Shown in pieces: positions 35,455-43,168 of a stretch of 43,168 nt of DNA (the first letter of the stretch is position 1; each line of letters starts with the position of its first letter). The notes under the pieces were generated by a model. That model was given only the letters and a program-made list of their open reading frames with translations. It was not told the origin of the DNA and did not search any database. The stretch is from the NCBI GenBank assembly GCA_001244265.2, contig CDLV01000008.1, positions 2,232,001 through 2,275,168 on the forward strand. The letters run 5' to 3'. This DNA comes from Microbotryum violaceum (taxonomy: Eukaryota). The position numbers and the translations under genes are program-made.

Positions 35455-36060
35455 AGTATATACGTATCATAGGTGGGGCACAGGCCAATTCTGGGATACG
35501 TTTTGGAATAGAACCCCAAATTCCCAGTGAAAATGAAAATTGACAGTGCACGGTCAATTGCTCGTGCACTGCTAAAATCCACTTTTTCGACTCTGAAGGG
35601 CGGCACAAGCCAAAAACCGTCAAATCGAGGTGCACGGTCAATTGCTCGCGCACTGCTGAAATCCACTGTATATATGGGCAATTGCCAAATACCACATGGC
35701 ACAGACTCCTGAGTATATAGGTATCATAGGTGGGGTAGAGCCCAATTCCGGGATACGTTTTGGAATAGAACCCCAAATTTCCAGTGGAAATGAAGTTGAT
35801 AGTGCACGGTCAATTGCTCGTGCACTGATGAAATCCACTTATTTGGCAAAACCGTCAAATCGAGGTGCACGGGAAATTCCCCGTGCACTGCTGAAATCCA
35901 CTTTTTCGACTGTGAAGGGCGGAACAGGTCGAAAACCGTCAAATCGAGGTGCACGGGAAATTCCTCGTGCACTGCTGAAATCCACTTTTTCGACTCTGAA
36001 GGCCCCAACAAGGCGAAAACCGTCAAATCGAGGTGCACGGGGAATTCCTCGGGCATTGCG
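35455..36060. repeat. Composite minisatellite: two ~90-bp leader blocks plus six 24-bp palindromic cores GTGCACG-N10-CGTGCAC
   Basis: Leaders start at 35455 and 35712; cores start at 35546, 35630, 35802, 35865, 35949 and 36033. Confidence 0.92.
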
Positions 36061-39000
36061 AGATGGCAGTGCAGCGTGAAACTTTGTGCACCGAGTAAGC
36101 CTGAGCCCAGAGCGCTGAACCGGGATCGGATCCGAAATGGGAAACCCATTTCCGGCTTCGGCGTGGCGCTAGAGCTGAGACACGGCAGACTTGAGGACTT
36201 GTAAACGTTGATAAGTTTATCGCAACTCTGTCACGATCACAGCTGGCTTGTATACGCGTGATTTGTGCTATTCTGCGTTGTTTTTTCAGTATACTCAATT
36301 ACACTAGTAGTTGTGGCCTTGACGAACTTTGGAGCGCCCGCGCGGTCCACTGCTTCTTGTCCTCGGCCCAGAACAAAGGTACGGACATGTCCGTCCACTT
36401 GATTTTAGGTACACAAGGTGAACAATTGTATGAGTAGACCCACTTTGAATCTGCAAGGAGGACATGATAGCATGGGTATTTTAGTACTCTTGAGCTTCGA
36501 AATTGTCATGTGCGTACCGCAACCCCATGTCCGTCCACTTGTCGGTCGCGGGTGCGGACACGGCGGTCTGCGGGACGGACAATGAGTGAGGTTGCCGCCA
36601 ACAACGCCGCGGTCGCGCGACCACTGGCGAGTGTGGGAAAGACGCGCGAGACCACGGCGCATGGTTTTTGGAGCGCGAGCGGGTAATTACATTACATTAG
36701 CTCTTTCACTGGTTTAGACCTTACATTCCACTAATTGACAATGTGTTTCGGTAATGGGTCCAAGCTCACCAGCCAAAGTTTTGACGGGATACCCCGTCAA
36801 AACCACGAGGAATCGTGTCTTCAATCGCATCTCACAAGCTCACCACGCACATTTGGTCATCACCAAGAGAACCATATACTTGAGTACACAAACAACATGT
36901 TCAGCACCCAAGAATGGCTCGAAAGCGACGTGGTGAGGGTCTGTGAAGTTGGCCCACGTTTCAGGTCCATGTTCCAGGCCCACGTTCCCAGCCTTGATGT
37001 CGTCGTGGGGAAAACATAGACGGCCTAGCCATCACGAACAATGACGATGACGGTGACATTTACTTGGCCCGGAACCGAACTCGGATCCTGACCCGCGCCC
37101 GGACCTCTACTTGTGCTCGAGTTCGCCTTCAGACGCCTCGACCGGTTACGTCTCTGACTGCGATGACTACCTCGGATGTCCACGTCACATGCTTTCACAT
37201 CGTTCACATGCGTCATGCAATCTGCGAGATGCAACTCGATCTCTCCCAACTGCAGCTCGACGTGTCACCTGGACCCGACTCTGATGCGCGCACGGTGCGA
37301 CGTCGCACAACACGGTTAATGACATGTCCAACATTGCCATCATCAACACCGTACAACTGAAACTGCACCCTGAGAGGGCGTGGTCACTTTCAGCAGCGTC
37401 CAAGCACACGTCGATGCTTCGCTCGAGCGTTCTCGGTCGTACACGTGCCCGGTCAGCGCATCGCCTCGTTCACCCCGGTCGCCCTCTCGCTGCTCGACCG
37501 ATGAATGTGGTGAGCTCTTCATTCAGATCGTACCAAGCTCTCACCTTCTTCGCTCACCTCATGTCTGTCTTTGCTACTTATCACTCTAGTTCAGATCGCG
37601 CGTTGGCCGACTCGCTGGCATCCAAGCTTCGCACCGAACCGCTCTGTGACTTGTAAGACCCTACTCTGCGATCACAGTGCGCAACCCACATCAGCACCGC
37701 CAAAAAGATGCGCAACTTTCCTGTGGTCTGGCATCGATGCACACCTCACTCGATCTTTGTCGCTTCACTCCGAGGATCACCTCCGCCTCCCCCACATCGT
37801 TCACTCGCGTCGTCGAGCGACCGCTCGCATCTCTCTTGATCAAATCGACGGGTCTCATTGACGACTCTCATCGACGACTCTCATCGACGTGGAAAACTCG
37901 GAGTCTGTCGGAAACTGTTGCTCGACTCGGCGAACATTCAATCGACGCCCATCCGCACCATCGACCTTTGGTCCGATCCATCGGTCGACCGACCGAACCG
38001 ACCAACCTCTACAGCTCGATCTCTCCCTATCCGTACCCCTCCCATCACCACGACGCGCAAAGTGACCATCCGCTCGACCCTCGCAATGGCCGCCTCGACC
38101 GCCTCGACCGTCAACCTTCCTCCGCACTCGTGCTCGGTTGCCTTGGACTCACTGTCACCATCCGACCTATTCACCATGAATGCCAACCCCACTATCGACT
38201 CATTCTCGACCCATCTGCCAAGTTCTCCTATCGACACGCTTCACCTCACCTCGCCTTGATCTGTGTCGGCGCACTCAGCTCGGCACTCCCCCGTGATCTT
38301 CGCATCCACATCATCAGCTCAATCAGCCAGGTCCCCAGTTCGGTAGGCTCTCATCTCCAACCTGGGTCTCTATGCGCTCAAGTCCCGTCAATCCTGACCT
38401 TACTTCATTCGAGATGTCATCTGTGTTCCACAGCATTGCCCGACATCCCTGGCGCGCAAGATCCAACTTGCAGGTCACCCATCGTCAGCTTCCCACCGAT
38501 CTGCCCAATCATCGCTCACACCAATACGGCTTCTCCCGACCCGAAGTCCGTCATTTCCTTGCGATCAGCTTGACTCTTCTGCGCTGTTTTCGGCTGGCTC
38601 GGCACTCGAGCCACTTCATCGAGCAGCGTCGTCTCGACTCGGACCGTTCGGCACTCGGACGATCGATGATCAGCTGGACCCGTCCATCTCCCAGGCAACT
38701 TGCTTCGGCCATACTCGATGGACGAGCGAGCCCCAACTGACATGTGTCCTCCTCGATGTGCCCACCTTGCCCAAATCGCCACTCCAACTTGTCCGGTCAA
38801 CTCGAGCTTCAACTCGACGATACTTATAACGTCGACGATCCTATCTCTCTGACACCGTGTTTGAACGCGACCCGATACGCCAGTCGATACATTTCAATTC
38901 GACCAATTCGACTCTGACCGTGTGGCGCTAACCGCTGACATGATCGATATGAAAATTGTGATGGTGCTGTCCGTGGACGGTGTTGGAACATGATGTAGGA

Positions 39001-39707
39001 GGGCATGGGTACACGGAAGAGACGGTTTGTGATGTAATGCACGTGAACCCCAACATGAATTGTCACATCATTGTGTGAACCCCAACGCGCATTGTCGCAT
39101 GATCATGTGAAGCACAACTTCCATGATCGCTGACCGTCACCATCTCCGGGTGAGAGCTCGAACACGTGATCGTGTGGGCGGTTTATTGCTCCGCCAGCCC
39201 GAATACCGCTCCGATGATGGATATATGATGTGTCGCGATGAACCGCATTCGATTATTTTCCATTTCGGAGATCGCGAGAGCTCTCAGTGGCCGAAGGCAG
39301 TGGGGGCCGCCGTTCTCTCAAATACCAGATGGCAGTCGCCCAAATCGCCCAAGCATCTTTGTAAGGATTTGCGCTCGACAGCGCGCGCAGAGCTGGCGGG
39401 CAGCTGGCCGGGGGATTTGGTATTTGGTATTTGAAAACTGCCCATATAAACAGGTTGAAAAACACTACTGAAGCTTCGGTGCTCCTGTCTGGTCTATGCA
39501 GGCTTGCTTTCGTTATAGCCGGGCCGCCGTAATCCCACCAAAGCTCGCCCCACTCCTGTCGTCGATTGCATCAGGTTCGCCAGGATGATGTTGATTGGTA
39601 TGCGCGAAATTTAGGAGTTTGATCACAACGCGCAGTACGGAGTCTAGTATTACATTCAGATTCGTCCATAGAAATGCAAGACAATAACGCGGATGTCGAG
39701 CACGGTT

Positions 39708-42239
39708 CTACTCGCAAAGGGCCTTAAAAGCCGCCTGGACATGTTCATACGACATCTGACCCGAGTTCCAAAGCGACGCAAGTTCTGGCTCTGTATTGAT
39801 GGGTCTCACCCTGGCGAAAGACCAATCCAGCGAGCAATTTTGCTGCAGGACACTCAGAACCTTCTCCACGCCAGACCAACGAGATGCGCATGCGTTCAGG
39901 AGCTCCTCGAAGCCGGGTTCCGTAGACAGCCAACCTTTCCTGATTGCTGCATCTCTGAGATCCTTGGCATTCCACGCGTTCCAGATACGCGCGGCGTCCG
40001 GCTTCTCGAAAAGTCGCGCGTCGGCAGATTCAGATTCAGGTTGGAAAGCCGTACGGCACGCCACATAAAAGAATGATTCTACATCATGCCAGCGCTCGTG
40101 CACCACACCCTCGGTTGCGGGGCTGAGCAGGAGTCGAGAGATGTAGGGTAGCGTGCCCTGTGGTTGATCATTGTACAGGGGAAGGATGGAAAGGAGTTAG
40201 GTGAGACCAAGAACGTGTGAAGGGCTAGCAAGGACACGAGAAGAACGTACCGAGCGGCTGAGGCGACTCTCTTCTTCCGCCGTTCGGGCCTTCTTCACCG
40301 CCAGATTGTAATCAATCAACACTCCATCGCCTTTACGGTCCACCATGACGTTGCCATAGGACACGTCCCGGTGGATGAAGCCGTAATTCCAAAGCTGGCG
40401 ATGCCCTGTCACGCAAGGCAAAGGGTCGTCAGTGTTGGCACACCCTTCAGCGCGCTGTCCCGCTCTGCTCTGAGCACTCACCCTCAATCGCACCCTCGAG
40501 AGCGCGCGCGAGCTGCTTGGTGGTCTTGAGTGTGGCGAGTGGGTAGTAACGTTCTTCGTGAACGACGACCTCCCTGGCCCGTGGGGTGCAACCGGCGAGG
40601 GATTCGTTGCCGGGTAGGAACACGGGGAGGGTCCTATATTCGGTGCGAAAGACGCCGACCAGTGGAGCGAGCCCGCGAGGTCTCTTTTCTTGGATCACGT
40701 TGCGGATCTCGGCCAAGTCCGAGTTGCGCGACTCCTCGACCCAGATGATCGTCATTGCGAAGGTCCTGATGTTGGCGCCCTCAGCAAGTTTGACCTCGTA
40801 TGTCGACGTTGCGCGGCCGCACTCTCTTTTTCGACGAAAGATGAGCTCCTTGATCTTGACGTTGGACATCGTCGTTGCTCCCCAGATAAACTCTGAGGCC
40901 GCCGGCGGGAAGAAGTCGGGGCAGGGCGTGAACGGGCCGTAGCGGTCGTCGAGCGAGGTTGTGGTCGCTAGAATGCCGTTAAGCCGATCGCTGTGTTGGA
41001 CGAGACGGTACAAGAACGTCGACAGCTCTCCATTCTCTTCGGTGACTGTTCTAGATTTGGTAGAGAACACTCCGCAAGCAGACATTACGTAGACCTTGAG
41101 ACGTTCGCCGCGAAGGGTGAATCCGATCGCATGTTCGCGAATCGGCGTTGCGAGGAGTGCCGACAACCGTCGGAACAACTGGCGCTCGGCGTTGGAGGTG
41201 CCGGCTTTGGTCTCGCCGACGGCGGCCACTTGCGTAAAGGAGCGTTTGGCCTGGTTCAGGTCCACCTTGTCCTTGTCCTTGACCTTGGCCGTGTTCGTGC
41301 TGTCTTCTTCTGCGTTGTTGTCCTCGTCGTGAGGCTGGCCCTTGCCGTTTTCGTTCGCGTTGGAGTTCACGTTGGTGGCGGGGCCCGCATCGGCGTCGAG
41401 TTTCTTGGCCGGATCGGCGTGACTGGGAAGGGCCCATACATTCGGGAGGGTTGGGTCGTGCGCGACCGCAGCGTGGGTCAAGAGCACGACGTCGGCCGTC
41501 TTCTCGGTCGTCTCCACACGGTCAGGTGCGACGCTGATGTACTGGGGCGAGTTCTGGCAGGCGACCAGTCGCCGGTCTCCAGTCTAGAGGTCCAACAGTA
41601 AGACAAACGGCAGTGAGAAGGCGAGTCAGCTCTCGAAGGAACATACACCCTCGATGTCACGCAATCCAGGCGTCGACTCACCGTGTTGATGACACCTGCT
41701 ATGACCTCGCCCAGCGCTTCTTCGGTGCCCATCTTGAACTCCTTGGGCCAGATCTTGTTAGCGAGCTCGTCAGCGGTCGGATGGCCGAAGAAGTAGGCCT
41801 CGAGGGCCGCACAATGTTTTTGGTCCATCTGGACCGCTTCGGAGATCCTCTCGGCTCTGTCCAATGCTCGCTCGTGCGAGGCCGCCTCCCGGCGCGATCG
41901 TAATGGGGTCGATTGAGTCGACGATACCAAGGGAGAGACCGCGTCCCTGAGTTCGGCGAGGTCGTACGCGTTGGCGGTTGCGCTTGAGGCCGGGGCCGAG
42001 TTTTCAGCCGCTGAAATTGAGGTCGAGGGCGAGGGCGAGGGCGAGGTCGAGGTCGAGGCAAGAGCCTGAGCGGGCGAGTCGACGCCGTGTGCCACGGGCT
42101 TCGCGTTCCTTTCAGCGATGCGCGCGCTCCTGCGCATTGGCCCTGTCGACGCGCCGGCGCTCGGCGCGCGAGGTTCGTGTCGGCGCGGGCGGTCACTGCA
42201 ACGGCCCCAATTGGGGCGTGGGCCAGTGGCGTCAGTCAT
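39708..42239 (-). CDS. Fungal-type protein kinase (FunK1/Pkinase_fungal), multi-exon, apparently intact
   Basis: ECGRATSTY, LEGAIEG|HRQLWNYGFIHRDVSYGNVM, GVLIDYNLA, RS|GTLPYIS, HERWHDVESFFYV; start uncertain (ATG 42239 or 42137). Confidence 0.9.
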
Positions 42240-42512
42240 GCGAGTCAAAACAAGGCCAAGCTCGGTCTATTATGGGCCGACTCACTGTGGCCAACTCACT
42301 GTGAAGGCCCTGGGCGTGATGGGTTACGGGGCAGTGGGGGCTGGTCACCACTAGGACCGGTGGTAAACCGGTGGTAAGTCTTGAAGACGAGCAGGGAGTG
42401 GGAAGAGGGTTGAGGGAGAGCAAGATGTAAAGCGATTTTTCCTTCGTTGCGGAATATCGAGACTCTGGTCGAGACATCAGCTACCTGTCATGCAAAATGA
42501 TTTCGCAACTCC

Positions 42513-42593
42513 CAGCTTTGGACTCCGCCCGCCTCCTCCCAACTTGGGACTCCGCTCGTCTCCTCTCAACTTTGGACTCCGCGCGCCTCCGCG
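42513..42593. repeat. 27-bp tandem repeat x3 (CAACTTTGGACTCCGC.CGCCTCCTC.) upstream of the kinase
   Basis: Units start at 42513, 42540 and 42567. Confidence 0.88.
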
Positions 42594-43106
42594 CGCCTCC
42601 TCGTGGAACAACGGTCTTTTCTGAAGTGTTTGTCGGATTTTTACACCCTCTTTTCCAAAGATGTCGGCTTTTGCACATGCGCCTCAATATCTCACCAAAA
42701 GTTGCTCTGCATGCTCCAAAACTTGCTCAAAAGTCGTCGAAAACGCGTTCCGTTTGCGGGCGCGCGGCGGCCGGCCGATCGAACATAGCGAAAAACCCCC
42801 CGGGATGGGGCGGATTTGCTATGAAAGTGGCTTGCCGCATCTTGCCGCGCGCGTCGCTTCAACTGTCTTCGGCTGGTCTCCCAGCCTCTTGAAAAGCTTC
42901 AGCCTTCCTTGCATATTCGGTGATGGGCTCGTGACTCGCTTGTCAGACTTGGATTTTGCTGATTTTGGGCGCATTGTATCCGCGGTGTCGTTCTTGCGGC
43001 TTGTAGAGGCTCTACCGGCGGCATCCGCGGGTCGGGCACGCTCTGAAGGACGTCAAATCGTGGCTCGGCATGTGCGCTCGTGGTAATAATGCGCTCGTCG
43101 GAAGTG

Positions 43107-43168
43107 AGTATATACGTATCATAGGTGGGGTACAGGCCAATTCCGGGATACGTTTTGGAATAGAACCC
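43107..43168 (+). repeat. Direct copy of the palindromic-array leader, truncated by the window end
   Basis: 60 of 62 nt identical to 35455-35516. Confidence 0.95.

Noticed and set aside
35455-36060. CRISPR array
   Set aside because: Eukaryotic context, no cas genes, and the sequences between palindromes are homologous to each other rather than unique spacers.
35399-36149. Repetitive ORFs on both strands (e.g. KPSNRGAREIPRALLKSTF)
   Set aside because: Expected by-product of 84/63-bp units being multiples of three; no domain or splice support.
36700-39000. ORFs such as 37677-38573 as a retroelement or gene
   Set aside because: No RT, integrase, tyrosine recombinase or other recognisable motif; low-complexity TCGAC-rich sequence left unassigned.

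Overview
Intron-rich, GC-rich fungal genomic DNA, most consistent with a basidiomycete of the Pucciniomycotina (Microbotryum-like; inferred from gene style and repeat content, not proven). 1-15.5 kb is an ordinary, dense block of housekeeping genes: mitochondrial bL21, a Ser/Thr-rich single-pass membrane protein, PET117, ERG6, MTF1-like, ARC1, a PAP2 lipid phosphatase and a CID-domain protein. 15.6-29.9 kb is a foreign block with three parts. (i) A decayed CxC1-type KDZ (Kyakuja-Dileera-Zisupton) transposon whose transposase and an HMG-box-like partner gene point inward from ~150-bp imperfect inverted repeats. (ii) A small secreted effector-like gene. (iii) A second decayed DDE transposase (DxxH type, DUF6729-like) carrying a DnaQ/WRN-like 3'-5' exonuclease inside its catalytic domain. 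This second element breaks off and runs straight into the still-open C-terminal half of a dihydrofolate synthase (FOL3-like) gene, whose N-terminal half is absent from the window. After a SUT1-like sugar transporter, 33.8-43.2 kb is a second accessory region. It holds an AT-rich relic, an array of 24-bp palindromes at 84/63-bp spacing, and a FunK1 fungal kinase with a nuclease-like N-terminus; the array's leader sequence recurs at the window end. Exon boundaries were read by eye and are approximate. No database searches were run.
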